64,000 bases of DNA, taken from contig JAZNCJ010000002.1 of assembly GCA_045587465.1 (NCBI GenBank), positions 4,945-68,944 of the forward strand. Reading direction: 5' to 3'. Source of the DNA: Christensenellaceae bacterium (lineage in GTDB: Bacteria; Bacillota; Clostridia; Christensenellales; Borkfalkiaceae). Positions 19,460 to 30,770 of this stretch are shown piece after piece (position 1 is the first letter of the stretch; each line of letters begins with the position of its first letter). The position numbers were made by a program, and so were the translations under genes. Under the pieces are notes generated by a model. It did not search any database. It was not told the origin of the DNA and saw nothing but the letters and a program-made list of their open reading frames with translations.

Positions 19460-20223
19460 ATTTTCTCCATAAAAAAAGCGTTTGCAACGTCTATAACACG
19501 CTTGTTTTCTTTGTATATCTTTCCTAAATGTTTTTTTGTTATTGGGTGAGATAGCCCGTCGTCTCCCACTTCTATAGTTAATGCTGGAATTTTTAACTTT
19601 TCTATGCACCAGTCTTTATATCCACCTGCTGAGTTTGGCGTTTGTTTAATTTGATAACCGGTTTGCTTTGCAACTAACTTTGCTAGCTCTAAATCACAAG
19701 ACAAGTCCTTTTGAAAAAACTCATAGTATATCTCTTGTCCTTTAGCGTGATAGCTTATTGTATAATTTGGCTTAATAAAAAGCGAAAAATCTCTAAGCGC
19801 CATTGTTTCGGACTCGGAAAAAGGTTTTTCGCCTATATAATTTTCACTGGCTTTTTCCCTAACGTTTTGACTGCCTGTTGACCACCTTGCATCAAAATTT
19901 ACGTTTAAGTCAACACCCCTTGCATTTGCTTTATAAAGTTTATCTTTATTTAGCGCAATCACAACGCCGTCTGGATTCATAACGGGAATAAAATAAAGGC
20001 TTCCCACTTTGCCACGCCTATAAAAGTCTTGCATAAGTTTTAAGGTTAGATAGCCTGTTATATGTTCCCTTGCGTGAATAGCTCCTTGTATAATCGCCCT
20101 TGGATAAGGGGTTTTAATAACGCCATAGCAAAGCATTGGGCGACCTAAATGGCTTTTGCCTATAACTATTTTTTCGCCCTTAAAATTCTTGAAAACTTTT
20201 TTATTTAAACTTAAAATATCCAT
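19456..20223 (-). CDS. M14-family zinc carboxypeptidase (gamma-D-glutamyl-meso-diaminopimelate peptidase-like)
   Basis: Motifs HAREHIT (HxxE), MNPDG, NARGVDLNVNF. Confidence 0.8.
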   Translation of the reverse strand: MDILSLNKKVFKNFKGEKIVIGKSHLGRPMLCYGVIKTPYPRAIIQGAIHAREHITGYLTLKLMQDFYRRGKVGSLYFIPVMNPDGVVIALNKDKLYKANARGVDLNVNFDARWSTGSQNVREKASENYIGEKPFSESETMALRDFSLFIKPNYTISYHAKGQEIYYEFFQKDLSCDLELAKLVAKQTGYQIKQTPNSAGGYKDWCIEKLKIPALTIEVGDDGLSHPITKKHLGKIYKENKRVIDVANAFFMEKI

Positions 20224-20241
20224 ACATTATAGTATGAATTT

Positions 20242-20715
20242 CTATTTGTGATAGCCACTTCCTGCATTGATTGAAAAGGCTCTATAAATTTGTTCGGAAA
20301 GCATAAGCCTAAACATAGTATGTGGAAAGGTCATATCTGAAAACGATATAAGCTCTTTTGCCTTGTCTTTAATTTTATCGCTAAGCCCGTAAGAGCCACC
20401 TATAACAAAGGTTATTGTTCCACCACTTTGGTCGGTGAACTTTTGAATAGCCTTAGCAAATGCCGTGCTGTCGTATTTTTTGCCTTCAATTGCAAGCGCT
20501 ATTACTATGCCTTTTAAGTGTGACAAAATTCTTTGACTCTCTCTTTCTTTTATAATCTCAACAATTCCGTCGTCAACTTTAGAAAAATTTTCTTCTTGAA
20601 CTTCAATAATGCTAAATTGTGCAAACTTAGAGATGCGCTTTGCATATTCGTTTATTCCGTCGGCAAAATATTTTTCCTTTACCTTGCCAACTGCGACAAT
20701 ATTGATTTTAACCAT
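20242..20715 (-). CDS. rlmH: 23S rRNA (pseudouridine1915-N3)-methyltransferase
   Basis: 157-aa SPOUT protein ending in SGYHK, with FVIGGSYGL. Confidence 0.93.
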   Translation of the reverse strand: MVKINIVAVGKVKEKYFADGINEYAKRISKFAQFSIIEVQEENFSKVDDGIVEIIKERESQRILSHLKGIVIALAIEGKKYDSTAFAKAIQKFTDQSGGTITFVIGGSYGLSDKIKDKAKELISFSDMTFPHTMFRLMLSEQIYRAFSINAGSGYHK

Positions 20716-20722
20716 AATTTAC

Positions 20723-21607
20723 CTACACCAAAAAAACAGTTATTAATTCAAGCAAGCATATGACAACACCTAAAATGCCATAAGGAATAAACACTTCTTT
20801 CACGCTGTGCTTAATTTTTTCTTGTTTTGATATTTTAATCTTGGAAACAATAACCACTAAAAATGTTGCAATACACGTAAGTCCAACAGCAATTAAAATT
20901 GGGCTGAATAAGTTTATTTCAATTTTCAAATACGTAAATAGTATAACTACGAAATTATTTAAAAAATGCGTTATAACCGACGGCAAAACGCTCTTTGCAT
21001 AGATTGTAAGCAGGCACAGCAAAGCACCGTATATAAATTGATAAACAAATTGCCCTAAATTACAATGATAAAGCGCAAAAAACAAGCCTACAATTAGGGT
21101 TTTCGATAAAACGCTTTGACCATTAAGAGAGGTTAAAAACAACCCCCTAAAAAACAGTTCTTCCATAATGGCTGGCAGAACTGCCAGCGCTACTATAAAA
21201 AAAATAAATTGCCAAATATTATCTAAAATAAGGTTTGGCGAACTAACATTAACGCCTAAGTCTTGCAAAAAGCCGTTAAGAGCAAGGTTTACAAATCCTA
21301 AGCCACAAAACATACCAAAGCCAAGTAAAACTGCAAGTATTGGCGTCGTTTTATCAAATTTTTTTATATTTAATGCTTTATATGTACAATTATTGAACTT
21401 GATTAGATATATCAATGCTAAAAGTATTGATATAGGGGAAACTATTGAGCAAACAGCAATATATGTAAAACTCTTTGCGCTAGTAAAGCACAGTAATATC
21501 GACTGCACTATAAATGATAGCAAAACGCATATTGCTATCATTATAGAAAAGGCCTTTCCACCTTGCTCACCTGTTAAAAATTGGTTTTGATTTTTACTGT
21601 AAGACAT
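20723..21607 (-). CDS. CPBP-family intramembrane glutamic endopeptidase (CAAX protease-like)
   Basis: Multi-TM protein with the EELFFRG and HFLNN motifs. Confidence 0.85.
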   Translation of the reverse strand: MSYSKNQNQFLTGEQGGKAFSIMIAICVLLSFIVQSILLCFTSAKSFTYIAVCSIVSPISILLALIYLIKFNNCTYKALNIKKFDKTTPILAVLLGFGMFCGLGFVNLALNGFLQDLGVNVSSPNLILDNIWQFIFFIVALAVLPAIMEELFFRGLFLTSLNGQSVLSKTLIVGLFFALYHCNLGQFVYQFIYGALLCLLTIYAKSVLPSVITHFLNNFVVILFTYLKIEINLFSPILIAVGLTCIATFLVVIVSKIKISKQEKIKHSVKEVFIPYGILGVVICLLELITVFLV

Positions 21608-24416
21608 TTTTCAAGAATTTCCCCGTATAACTGTTTGGATTTTCAGCTACTTGTTCTGGCGTGCCTGTTGCAATTACTTGCCCTCCTTTATCGCCACCTT
21701 CAGGACCTAAGTCTATAATGTGGTCGGCAAGCTTAATAACGTCTAAATTATGCTCTATCACGATTATCGTATTTCCACTTTGTTTAAGCCTAAATAAAAC
21801 CTTGCAAAGTTTATCAACGTCGTAATTATGAAGCCCTGTAGTTGGCTCGTCTAAAATATAAAGGGTTTTGCCTGTCGCTCTTTTTGATAACTCTGTTGCA
21901 AGTTTTACCCTTTGCGCCTCGCCACCAGAAAGCGTTGTAGAGCTTTGACCGAGCTTAATATAGCCTAAGCCAACGTCTTGAAGAGTTTTTATCTTGTTGT
22001 ATATTGACGCTATTGGCTCAAAAAATTCGCATGCTTCGTCAACCGTCATATTTAAAACTTCGCTTATATTTTTGCCTTTATATTTTACTTGCAAAGTTTC
22101 TCTATTGTATCTATTGCCTGCACAAACTTCGCAAGGCACGTACATATCAGGCAAGAAGTGCATTTCTATCTTTATAACGCCGTCGCCTTCACAGTTTTCG
22201 CACCTGCCACCAGCCACGTTAAAGGAAAATCTGCCTGCCTTATATCCCCTTTCCTTTGCATCTGGTGTTGACGCAAATAGTTCTCTTATGCTAGAAAATA
22301 CGCCAGTATACGTTGCAGGGTTGCTTCTTGGCGTTCTGCCAATAGGCGATTGGTCAATTGCAATAACCTTGTCAAAATATTCTATGCCCTCTATTTTTTG
22401 GAACTTGCCAGGTCTTGCCTTTGCTTTGTTAAGCTTTCCTGCAAGCTCTGGGTAAACAATTTCGTTTATAAGCGAGCTTTTGCCACTGCCAGAAACGCCT
22501 GTGACAGCAGTCAATAACCCAACAGGAAAGCACACGTCAATATTTTTAAGGTTGTTTTGGCTTGCGCCTATAACGTTAAGACATCTTCCGTCTGGCGCCG
22601 TTCTTTTGGCTGGAACTTCGATTTTTCTTCTGCCTGCAAGATAATCGCCTGTGATTGAGCGTGGCTCGTTAATAACTTCATCAATAGTTCCTGCCACCAC
22701 CACTTCGCCACCGTGCACACCTGCTTTTGGGCCTATATCCACGATAAAATCGGCAGAGCGCATGGTGTCTTCATCGTGCTCAACTACTATTAGCGTGTTG
22801 CCTAAATCTCTAAGTCTTTTAAGCGTCCCAATAAGTTTTTCGTTATCCCTTTGGTGAAGCCCTATACTAGGCTCGTCTAAAATATACAAAACGCCGGTTA
22901 GTCCACTGCCTATTTGCGTTGCAAGTCTTATTCTTTGCGCTTCACCACCAGAAAGCGTCGATGCGCCCCTTGCTAGCGTTAAATAATTTAAACCAACGTC
23001 GATTAAAAATTTAAGCCTTGTCTTAATTTCTTTTATAATCGGAGCAGAAATCAAAGTTTTTGTGGTGTCAAACACGAGTTTATCTATAAATTCGTTTAAG
23101 TTCTCAACCGACATTTGAGTAAGCTCTGATATGTTTTTGCCGTTTATTTTAACTGCAAGCGCCTCTTTTTTAAGTCTATTTCCGTGACAAGTATTGCAAG
23201 GACTAACTCGCATATACCTTTCAATTTCCATTTTTGTATAGTCGCTTGAAGTTTCTCTATATCTTCTTGCAAGGTTTGGAATAATACCTTCCCAAGACGA
23301 CTCATATGAGCCACTCATTGTTCTAGTTTTGTATTCAATCTTTATAATTTCGCCATTGTTGCCATATAGCATCATATCGTAAATTTCTTTTGGCAGGTCT
23401 TTGACAGGCGTGTCAAGACTAAATTTATATCTTTTTGCAAGCGCTTCAAAATAAAGGTTTGCCATTTTGCCAGTATCTAAATTCCAGCCTGAAATAGTCA
23501 TAGCCCCTTCTCTAAGCGATTTTGTTTTATCTTTTACAACAAGGTCAGGGTCAATCTCGTTTCTAAAACCTAAGCCAGAGCACTCTGGACAAGCGCCGAA
23601 CGGACTGTTAAATGAAAACAGTCTTGGTTCTATTTCTTCAATGCTGATGCCGCAATCTGGGCAAGCGTATTTTGTTGAAAACAGCAAACTCTCGCCACCC
23701 ACAATTTGCACGGATACAAGTCCGTCAGCAAGTTTTATTGCCGTTTCCACACTGTCAGAAAGTCTTTTTTCAATGCCTTCTTTAACGACTAATCTATCGA
23801 TTACAACACTTATTGTATGCTTTATATTTTTATCGAGTTTAATATCTTCGCTAAGGTCATAAACTATGCCGTCAACCATAACACGAGCATAGCCACTCTT
23901 TTTATAACTTTCAAAATTTTTATTGTATTCACCCTTTTTTCCACGAACAACCGGTGCCATTACCAAAATTTTACTGCTTTGTGGAAGCGCCATAACCTTA
24001 TCTACAATTTGGTCTATAGTTTGGCGAGAAATTTCTTTGCCACACTCAGGGCAATGTGGGACGCCAACTCTTGCAAACAAAAGTCTAAAATAATCGTAAA
24101 TTTCGGTCACTGTGCCAACAGTTGAACGTGGGTTGTGCGAAGTTGTTTTTTGGTCGATTGAAATTGCTGGAGATAAGCCTTCTATAAGTTCAACGTCCGG
24201 CTTTTCCATTTGCCCCAAAAACATACGAGCATAGCTTGACAAACTTTCAACGTATCTCCTTTGACCTTCAGCATAAATAGTGTCAAAAGCGAGCGTGCTT
24301 TTGCCACTACCTGATAGACCAGTGAACACCACGAGTTTGTCCCTTGGAATTCTTAGGTCAACGTTTTTTAAGTTATTCTCTTTTGCGCCTTTTATGTTTA
24401 TATAATCCATAATCAC
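21594..24416 (-). CDS. uvrA: excinuclease ABC subunit A
   Basis: 940 aa with two ABC modules ([18 protein letters not shown]) and zinc-finger cysteines. ATGA overlap with uvrB. Confidence 0.98.
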   Translation of the reverse strand: MIMDYINIKGAKENNLKNVDLRIPRDKLVVFTGLSGSGKSTLAFDTIYAEGQRRYVESLSSYARMFLGQMEKPDVELIEGLSPAISIDQKTTSHNPRSTVGTVTEIYDYFRLLFARVGVPHCPECGKEISRQTIDQIVDKVMALPQSSKILVMAPVVRGKKGEYNKNFESYKKSGYARVMVDGIVYDLSEDIKLDKNIKHTISVVIDRLVVKEGIEKRLSDSVETAIKLADGLVSVQIVGGESLLFSTKYACPDCGISIEEIEPRLFSFNSPFGACPECSGLGFRNEIDPDLVVKDKTKSLREGAMTISGWNLDTGKMANLYFEALAKRYKFSLDTPVKDLPKEIYDMMLYGNNGEIIKIEYKTRTMSGSYESSWEGIIPNLARRYRETSSDYTKMEIERYMRVSPCNTCHGNRLKKEALAVKINGKNISELTQMSVENLNEFIDKLVFDTTKTLISAPIIKEIKTRLKFLIDVGLNYLTLARGASTLSGGEAQRIRLATQIGSGLTGVLYILDEPSIGLHQRDNEKLIGTLKRLRDLGNTLIVVEHDEDTMRSADFIVDIGPKAGVHGGEVVVAGTIDEVINEPRSITGDYLAGRRKIEVPAKRTAPDGRCLNVIGASQNNLKNIDVCFPVGLLTAVTGVSGSGKSSLINEIVYPELAGKLNKAKARPGKFQKIEGIEYFDKVIAIDQSPIGRTPRSNPATYTGVFSSIRELFASTPDAKERGYKAGRFSFNVAGGRCENCEGDGVIKIEMHFLPDMYVPCEVCAGNRYNRETLQVKYKGKNISEVLNMTVDEACEFFEPIASIYNKIKTLQDVGLGYIKLGQSSTTLSGGEAQRVKLATELSKRATGKTLYILDEPTTGLHNYDVDKLCKVLFRLKQSGNTIIVIEHNLDVIKLADHIIDLGPEGGDKGGQVIATGTPEQVAENPNSYTGKFLKNVLQ

Positions 24417-26374
24417 TTTCTCATTTTCATTTTAAGTTTTGCAATCGTATCCCTAATTTCTATGCACCTTTCAAAGTCTAAATTTGCCGAAGCAATCTTC
24501 ATAAGAGCCTTTAGCTTTTCTATCTCTTCTGGGATATCTTGCTTTTTAACGTCTTTTGTTCTATCCACTTTCTTTGTTATTTCTAAAGTGTTTGTTATCG
24601 CCTTAACTATAGTCTTTGGCGTGATGTTATGTTCTTTATTATACTCGCTTTGAATTTTTCTTCTTCTGTTAGTTTCATCTATTGCTCTTTGCATACTGCC
24701 AGTTATAGTGTCTGCATACATAATAACCTTGCCACCCACGTTTCTTGCCGCACGGCCAACAGTTTGAATAAGCGAAGTTTCGCTTCTTAAAAAGCCTTCT
24801 TTGTCGGCATCAAGTATTGCAACAAGCTCAACTTCTGGAATATCAAGCCCTTCTCTTAAAAGGTTAATTCCACATAGCACGTCAAACTCGCCACTGCGAA
24901 GTGCAGACACAATCTCTATTCTTTCCATTGTGTCTATATCGCTGTGCATATATCTAACCTTAACGCCGTGTTCTTTCAAATATTCAGTTAAGCTTTCAGC
25001 CATTTTTTTGGTGAGCGTTGTGATAAGCACCCTGCCTTTTTTGGCTGTTATTTTATTGATTTCTATCAATAGGTCGTCAATTTGGTTTTTTGTCGGTCTA
25101 ACGAAAATTTCTGGGTCGATAAGCCCTGTTGGGCGAATAAGTTGCTCTACAACCTGCCCAGCCTGACTAAGTTCATACTTTGCTGGCGTTGCCGAAACGC
25201 ATATCATTTGCCCAACCTTAGCGTCAAACTCGTTAAAAGTAAGTGGCCTATTGTCAAACGCTGACTTTAGTCTAAAGCCATAATCGACTAAAGAAGTCTT
25301 TCTTGCCTTGTCGCCGTTATACATTGCGTTTATTTGTGGAATAGTCATATGCGATTCATCAATAAACACGATAAAATCGTTTGGGAAATAATCTAGAAGC
25401 GTAAAAGGTGGCTCGCCAATCTGTCTACCGTCAAAGTATCTGCTATAGTTTTCTATGCCCTTGCAAAAGCCAATCTCTTTTATCATTTCTATATCATAGT
25501 CGGTGCGTTGTTTTAAGCGCTGTGCTTCTAAAAGCTTTCCTTGCTCGTTAAAAAACGCAACTTCATCATCTCTATCACGCTCTATCGCAACAACTGCAAG
25601 ATTTAGCTTTTCTTGCGATGCGGCATAGTGGCTTGCAGGAAAAATCACGGCGTGCTTTAGCTCTGATATGACCTTACCTGAAATGAACTCAACTTCTAAA
25701 ACTCTATCGATAGTGTCGCCAAAAAATTCAACTCTAACCACGATTTCGGTGTTTGATGAAGGGAATATATCGATTATATCCCCCCTAACCCTAAACGAAG
25801 AACGAGAAAAATCCACGTCACGCCTTGTGTATTGAATTGCAACTAACCTGCGCATAAGTTCATCACGACTAATTTGGTCGTCAGGGCGAATTGAAAGGGC
25901 AAGCCTATAATATTCTTCAGGCGCACCCAAGCCGTAAATACATGAAACTGATGCGACTACAATGGTATCGCTTCTTTCGGCAAGCGAACAGGTTGCCGAA
26001 TGGCGAAGTTTATCAATCTCGTCGTTTATCGCCAAATCCTTTTCGATATATGTATCGGTTGACGGAATATATGCTTCTGGCTGATAATAGTCGTAATACG
26101 AAACGAAAAATTCCACTCTGTTATTTGGAAAGAACTCTCTAAACTCGTTGCAAAGCTGTGCTGCAAGCGTTTTGTTGTGTGCAATAACTAGCGCAGGTCG
26201 GTTCACGTTTTTAATGACGTTTGCCATAGTAAACGTTTTGCCACTTCCCGTCACGCCCAAAAGGACTTGCGTGCGCAAGCCGTCGTTTAAGCCTTCGGTG
26301 AGCAGTTTTATTGCTTGTGGTTGGTCACCTGTAGGCTGATATTTAGATTGAAGTATAAAATTTCGCTTTTCCAT
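24413..26374 (-). CDS. uvrB: excinuclease ABC subunit B
   Basis: [14 protein letters not shown] box, and a C-terminal UVR domain. Confidence 0.98.
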   Translation of the reverse strand: MEKRNFILQSKYQPTGDQPQAIKLLTEGLNDGLRTQVLLGVTGSGKTFTMANVIKNVNRPALVIAHNKTLAAQLCNEFREFFPNNRVEFFVSYYDYYQPEAYIPSTDTYIEKDLAINDEIDKLRHSATCSLAERSDTIVVASVSCIYGLGAPEEYYRLALSIRPDDQISRDELMRRLVAIQYTRRDVDFSRSSFRVRGDIIDIFPSSNTEIVVRVEFFGDTIDRVLEVEFISGKVISELKHAVIFPASHYAASQEKLNLAVVAIERDRDDEVAFFNEQGKLLEAQRLKQRTDYDIEMIKEIGFCKGIENYSRYFDGRQIGEPPFTLLDYFPNDFIVFIDESHMTIPQINAMYNGDKARKTSLVDYGFRLKSAFDNRPLTFNEFDAKVGQMICVSATPAKYELSQAGQVVEQLIRPTGLIDPEIFVRPTKNQIDDLLIEINKITAKKGRVLITTLTKKMAESLTEYLKEHGVKVRYMHSDIDTMERIEIVSALRSGEFDVLCGINLLREGLDIPEVELVAILDADKEGFLRSETSLIQTVGRAARNVGGKVIMYADTITGSMQRAIDETNRRRKIQSEYNKEHNITPKTIVKAITNTLEITKKVDRTKDVKKQDIPEEIEKLKALMKIASANLDFERCIEIRDTIAKLKMKMRK

Positions 26375-26377
26375 AAC

Positions 26378-26731
26378 TTAAAATATCTTTTTTAAAATTA
26401 ATCCCACTAAAAAACTCAAAATCGCAAAGCCGATTGTTAAAGCAAATCTTTTTATAAGGTTGCGCTTTTCTATGCTTGCACTTCTGATATATCCTTTGCC
26501 TTTTTCAAGAAGAGTTATGCAGAACACCTTTTCCCCACGCCTATCTGACAAAACTATGTCCAAATAACCGTCAGTGCTTAAATCGTTTAGCGTTTTTTCA
26601 AGCTCGGAAAGGGTTAGATTTTCTAAGCCAACTATCTTTAATAGGTCTATTGGGCTTATGAGTATTGCGCCTTTTTCTTTACTTGCCTTAATTAAAGTTA
26701 TTAAGACCTTGCTCTCCAACCTTGAAAGCAT
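26378..26731 (-). CDS. small membrane-anchored protein (soluble N-domain plus one C-terminal TM helix)
   Basis: 117 aa. C-terminal hydrophobic segment FALTIGFAILSFLVGLIL. Its stop lies 3 nt from the uvrB start. Confidence 0.6.
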   Translation of the reverse strand: MLSRLESKVLITLIKASKEKGAILISPIDLLKIVGLENLTLSELEKTLNDLSTDGYLDIVLSDRRGEKVFCITLLEKGKGYIRSASIEKRNLIKRFALTIGFAILSFLVGLILKKIF

Positions 26732-27108
26732 TATTTCCCACCCAAAAGACTAATGATAAAAGCTAAAAGCATAATAGCAGTTCCACCGACGCTAGCACCC
26801 AAAAAGCTTGCCCAAAAATATTGTTTTTGGCAATCCATTTTTTCTATTTCTTTTTCTATCCTATCTTCGGTTTCTATTTTTGCCTTGATGAGTGGCAACA
26901 AACAAACTTCATTGTCGTCTTGATATTTAATGCTAATATACTGATGGTTTTTTAGTGTTTCTAAGCACTCCAACAAAACTTGCTCATCAGCGCTAAACGC
27001 ACTTGGCATAGCAGTAATTAAGTCCTTTATCAAAAACACCTTATATCCACCACTTTGGCAGTTTGAATTTATAATATCTAGCAAATATAACGTTCTATGG
27101 TCAAGCAT
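26731..27108 (-). CDS. small membrane-anchored protein, same architecture as its neighbour
   Basis: 125 aa. C-terminal TM FLGASVGGTAIMLLAFIISLLGG. TAATG junction with the next gene. AAGGTG SD. Confidence 0.6.
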   Translation of the reverse strand: MLDHRTLYLLDIINSNCQSGGYKVFLIKDLITAMPSAFSADEQVLLECLETLKNHQYISIKYQDDNEVCLLPLIKAKIETEDRIEKEIEKMDCQKQYFWASFLGASVGGTAIMLLAFIISLLGGK

Positions 27109-27160
27109 AATTCACCTTGCTAATATTTTGCCATAAAATCAAGATAACTATACATAGTTT

Positions 27161-27188
27161 ATTATACCATAGGTATAATTGTTTGTAA
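27161..27188 (-). promoter_or_regulatory. candidate promoter of the small-protein/uvrBA operon
   Basis: Minus strand TTACAA, 16 nt, TATAAT. Confidence 0.4.
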
Positions 27189-27218
27189 ATGAATTTGTAA
27201 TTTTATTTTTCTCTTACA

Positions 27219-27255
27219 TAAAAAAATGAGCCATTGTTCGAACGAACAATGGCTC
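27219..27255 (-). terminator. intrinsic terminator of the P-type ATPase gene
   Basis: Perfect 13-bp stem GAGCCATTGTTCG/CGAACAATGGCTC, followed by a 7-nt U-run on the minus strand. Confidence 0.85.
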
Positions 27256-27270
27256 AATATGTTTTATTTA

Positions 27271-29955
27271 TTATTTATGATTATGCACTTTTATAAATCC
27301 TATTGCTTTGGCAATTTCCATCACGAGTATTGGTAATAAAGAAAGTCCCAAACCGATTAAATACATCCACCATTCAAGTGTCATCATTCCGAACACGCTT
27401 ACAACACCTGGAACAAAAAGAACAAACGCTGTCAACGCTGTACATACTAAAAGTGAGATGTTCATCGTTTTATTTGAGAAGAACCCAACCTTAAATAGAG
27501 AATGAGATGAACGCATATTAAGTGCTTGAACAAGTTGGCTCATAGCAAGCACCATAAACGCCATAGTGCTTCCTGCTGTGTGATTTAATGCACCAGAAGT
27601 GTCTTTCATTGCAATAGCGGCAAAAATATAACCAGCTAGTGTAGTAAGTGTCAATAAAAAGCCATTAAGCCCTATCTTAACCCCTAAACCGTGTGAGAAT
27701 AAACTTTCGTTTTTAGCTTTTGGTTTTTGATACATAATGTCATTTTCTACTGCTTCCATACCTAACGCAACGGCAGGCAGACTATCTGTGACAAGGTTTA
27801 TCCACAAAAGTTGAATAGGAATAAACGGATTGCCGAGCCCTGCAATATATCCTAAAATAACGGTTGAAATAAATACTACTAAAACTTCTGCAAGGTTAGT
27901 AGAAAGCAAGAAACCTACAACCTTTCTAATGTTCTCAAATATGCCTCGGCCTTCTTTAACTGCATCAACTATCGTTGCAAAATTATCGTCAGTTAAGGTC
28001 ATATCTGCTGCGCCCTTAGCAACGTCTGTACCTGTTATACCCATAGCACAACCGATATCAGCAGCTTTTAGCGCTGGAGCGTCGTTAACGCCGTCACCTG
28101 TCATTGAAACAACTTGACCTTTTCTTTGCCAAGCCTTTACAATTCTAATTTTGTTTTCTGGTGAAACACGTGCGTAAACTGAAATTTGAGCAACCTTTTG
28201 GTCAAGCTCTTCATCGCTCATTTCATCTAGTTCTGCACCTGTAATTGCTAAGTCGCCTTCGTTTAAGATACCGAGCTCTCTTGCGATTGCAGATGCCGTT
28301 GAAACGTGGTCACCCGTAATCATAACGGCCTTAATACCAGCCTTTTTACATACTGCAACTGCTTCTTTTGCTTCTGGTCTTGGTGGGTCTATCATGCCAA
28401 CTAAGCCCATAAACGTTAAACCGTTTTCTAATAGTTCTGGTGTTGGCTCATCAGGAACTTCATCAATGAATTTATAACCGACAGCTAAAACTCTTAAGGC
28501 ATTAGAAGTCATTTTTTCGTTCATTGCTTTTGCCTTTTCAAAGTCACCCTTAACGCAACGGCTTTCCATAACGTCCACAGCACCCTTAACGATAACGACT
28601 TTTTTGCCGTCAATTTCGTTTACTGTAGACATAAGTTTTCTATCTGAATCGAAAGGAATTTCAGCAAGACGTGGATACTTTTCGTTTAAAGCATCTTTTT
28701 CTAGACCGTTTTTATATGCCGCAAAAACGATACTTGTTTCTGTTGGGTCGCCGATATGTGTTTCTTTTCCATCATTAACTATAACCGAGCCGTCTGAACA
28801 AAGTGTGCCGTACGTTAAAAGTGTCTTAACAACGTCTGAGTTGCTATCGCTTATGTCTTCTAAATCTTCTTGACCTTCAACGTAAGCCTTAACAAGAGTC
28901 ATTCTGTTCATTGTAAGCGTACCTGTTTTATCTGAACAAATGATAGATGCACTACCAAGTGTTTCAACAGCAGGAAGTCTTCTAATAATAGCATTTCTCT
29001 TTACCATACGTTGCACGCCAATAGATAAAACAATAGTGACAACGGCAGGTAGCCCTTCTGGTATTGCAGAAACGGCAAGGGAAATAGCCGACATAAACGA
29101 GCCGATTATATTATTGAATTCTAATCCGTCTCTTACGATTTGCACTACAAACATAACAAAACATATACCGAGCACTAATATACCAAGCACACTGCCAAGT
29201 TTTGCAAGTTTTTCTTGCAGAGGGGTTTTAGTCTCTGTTTCGTTAGCAAGAATTCCTGCAATTTTTCCCATTTCAGTGTCCATACCTGTAGCCGTGACTA
29301 TTGCCAAAGCGGTTCCGTATGTGATTGAACAACCAGAGAAAACCATGTTTGTTCTATCGCCGATAGGTGCTTTTTCTTTTACTTGTGCATCTGCATATTT
29401 TTCAGATGGAACTGATTCACCAGTTAGTGCTGATTCTTCTGATTTTAAGTTTACACTTTTAATGAGTCTTGCATCAGCAGGAACAAAGTCACCAGCTTCT
29501 AATTTTATAATGTCTCCAGGAACAAGTTCAGATGACATAATAATCTTCTCAACACCATCACGAATAACACGTGCGTGTGGAGCCGACATGTTCTTAAGTG
29601 CATCAAGTGCTTTTTCTGCTTTGTTTTCTTGCACAACGCCCATTATAGCGTTAATTAAAACGATAGCGAGAATTAAGAAAGGCTCTATCATTTCAATAGG
29701 GTCAAATCCGTGAGTTATACCATCATATATTGCAACACCAAGTGAAATTGCTGCCGCAATTAATAATATGATAATCATTACGTCCTTAAACTGCTCAAAA
29801 AATCTGGCAACAAGAGATTTTTTCTTTTTCTCTTTCAATTTGTTTTCGCCAAACTGTGCTCTTTTTTCTTCAACTTGGGCTGTGGTTAAGCCAGCCGTTT
29901 GGTCTGAAGAAAAATGTGATAGCAAACTGTCAATACTGTCTACGTGTGCTTTCAA
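27271..29955 (-). CDS. P-type cation-transporting ATPase (type IIA, Ca2+/Mn2+ pump-like)
   Basis: CSDKTGTLT phosphorylation site, [16 protein letters not shown], ten predicted TM segments. TTG start behind AAGGAGA. Confidence 0.93.
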   Translation of the reverse strand: MKAHVDSIDSLLSHFSSDQTAGLTTAQVEEKRAQFGENKLKEKKKKSLVARFFEQFKDVMIIILLIAAAISLGVAIYDGITHGFDPIEMIEPFLILAIVLINAIMGVVQENKAEKALDALKNMSAPHARVIRDGVEKIIMSSELVPGDIIKLEAGDFVPADARLIKSVNLKSEESALTGESVPSEKYADAQVKEKAPIGDRTNMVFSGCSITYGTALAIVTATGMDTEMGKIAGILANETETKTPLQEKLAKLGSVLGILVLGICFVMFVVQIVRDGLEFNNIIGSFMSAISLAVSAIPEGLPAVVTIVLSIGVQRMVKRNAIIRRLPAVETLGSASIICSDKTGTLTMNRMTLVKAYVEGQEDLEDISDSNSDVVKTLLTYGTLCSDGSVIVNDGKETHIGDPTETSIVFAAYKNGLEKDALNEKYPRLAEIPFDSDRKLMSTVNEIDGKKVVIVKGAVDVMESRCVKGDFEKAKAMNEKMTSNALRVLAVGYKFIDEVPDEPTPELLENGLTFMGLVGMIDPPRPEAKEAVAVCKKAGIKAVMITGDHVSTASAIARELGILNEGDLAITGAELDEMSDEELDQKVAQISVYARVSPENKIRIVKAWQRKGQVVSMTGDGVNDAPALKAADIGCAMGITGTDVAKGAADMTLTDDNFATIVDAVKEGRGIFENIRKVVGFLLSTNLAEVLVVFISTVILGYIAGLGNPFIPIQLLWINLVTDSLPAVALGMEAVENDIMYQKPKAKNESLFSHGLGVKIGLNGFLLTLTTLAGYIFAAIAMKDTSGALNHTAGSTMAFMVLAMSQLVQALNMRSSHSLFKVGFFSNKTMNISLLVCTALTAFVLFVPGVVSVFGMMTLEWWMYLIGLGLSLLPILVMEIAKAIGFIKVHNHK

Positions 29956-30008
29956 TTTTTTATCTCCTTGATATTTTTTTACAATTTTTTGTTTTTATTA
30001 TTATAACT

Positions 30009-30047
30009 TAAAATAAAACCCGAGCTCAAACTTTTGTCGACTCGGGT
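30009..30047 (-). terminator. intrinsic terminator acting as riboswitch expression platform
   Basis: Minus strand ACCCGAG...CTCGGGT followed by TTTTATTTT. An upstream GGCTCGG can alternatively pair with the 5' arm. Confidence 0.6.
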
Positions 30048-30059
30048 AATTTAAATTTA

Positions 30060-30173
30060 TTTTAGACCGAGCCTGCAAAAAAGTGCAAGTCTGGTCAATT
30101 AAGAAAGGCCAGAGATTTCTCCCATGATGTTGACCGTTCCCCACAAAATAAGTGGGCGACTACTCCCTTAACA
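30060..30173 (-). promoter_or_regulatory. probable yybP-ykoY (Mn2+) riboswitch aptamer
   Basis: The minus strand starts at the predicted TSS with TTAAGGGAGTAGTCGCCCAC...GTGGGGAACGGTCAACATCA...TTGACCAGAC. GGGAGUAG and GUCAACAU match the conserved loops of the family as I remember them. GGTCAA/TTGACC can pair. It lies in the leader of a P-type ATPase, a known regulon member. Confidence 0.6.
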
Positions 30174-30179
30174 ATAATT

Positions 30180-30208
30180 ATTATATCATCTTAACCACAA
30201 AAAATCAA
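30180..30208 (-). promoter_or_regulatory. sigma-A type promoter of the riboswitch/ATPase transcript
   Basis: Minus strand TTGATT, 17 nt, TATAAT. The riboswitch core begins about 8 nt downstream. Confidence 0.55.
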
Positions 30209-30234
30209 CTTTTTTAAGTATTTTTATCAATTTT

Positions 30235-30756
30235 TTAAAAATTAAAGTTAAGCCCCAAATATTTTGCTATCTCAAGCGAAAACTTGAGTGCGCTTTTTGG
30301 TCCGTCTGCCGTTATAAAATTGTCGCTTATTTCAACGTCCTTTCCTGTATAATTATTGCCTAACTGACTAGTAAAACAATCTGCGTGAAAGCAAGTTGCA
30401 CTTCTTGCTAATAATAAATCGTTTTGCGCAAGAACTACGGCAGGCGAAGCACAAATTGCCGCAACTAATTTGCCTTTTGAAATAATATGTTTTATTAGTT
30501 CTATTGCCTTTTGATTTTTAGCAATGTTTGTAGCGCCTGGCATGCCACCAGGTATAACAACTGCATCGTATGAGCATATATCTATGTCGTTAATTAATTT
30601 ATCAGCCTTGATTGTAATTCCGTGCGAGCCGGTTAAATATTGTGTTCCAACCGAAACGACGTCACACTCGGCGCCAGCACGTCTAAGCACGTCAACGGGC
30701 GTTATCGCTTCCATTTCTTCCGTGCCGTCAGCAAATAAAAGTGCTACTTTTGTCAT
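30235..30756 (-). CDS. DJ-1/PfpI family protein (YajL/ThiJ-like)
   Basis: 173 aa with the nucleophile elbow AAICASPAV. Confidence 0.85.
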   Translation of the reverse strand: MTKVALLFADGTEEMEAITPVDVLRRAGAECDVVSVGTQYLTGSHGITIKADKLINDIDICSYDAVVIPGGMPGATNIAKNQKAIELIKHIISKGKLVAAICASPAVVLAQNDLLLARSATCFHADCFTSQLGNNYTGKDVEISDNFITADGPKSALKFSLEIAKYLGLNFNF

Positions 30757-30770
30757 AATTTTATCCCCTT

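Noticed and set aside
19460-19609. N-terminal 50-residue extension of tadA given by the ORF track
   Set aside because: The extension overlaps the 3' end of the M14 peptidase gene in another frame and is arginine/lysine junk. ATG 19459 gives a standard TadA N-terminus and an ATGA coupling.
28940-29713. Long antisense ORFs inside real genes (for example 28940-29713 +, 3943-4506 +, 57412-57930 -, 41638-41958 +, 21168-21590 +)
   Set aside because: These are shadow frames opposite strongly supported genes. They have no SD and low-complexity translations.
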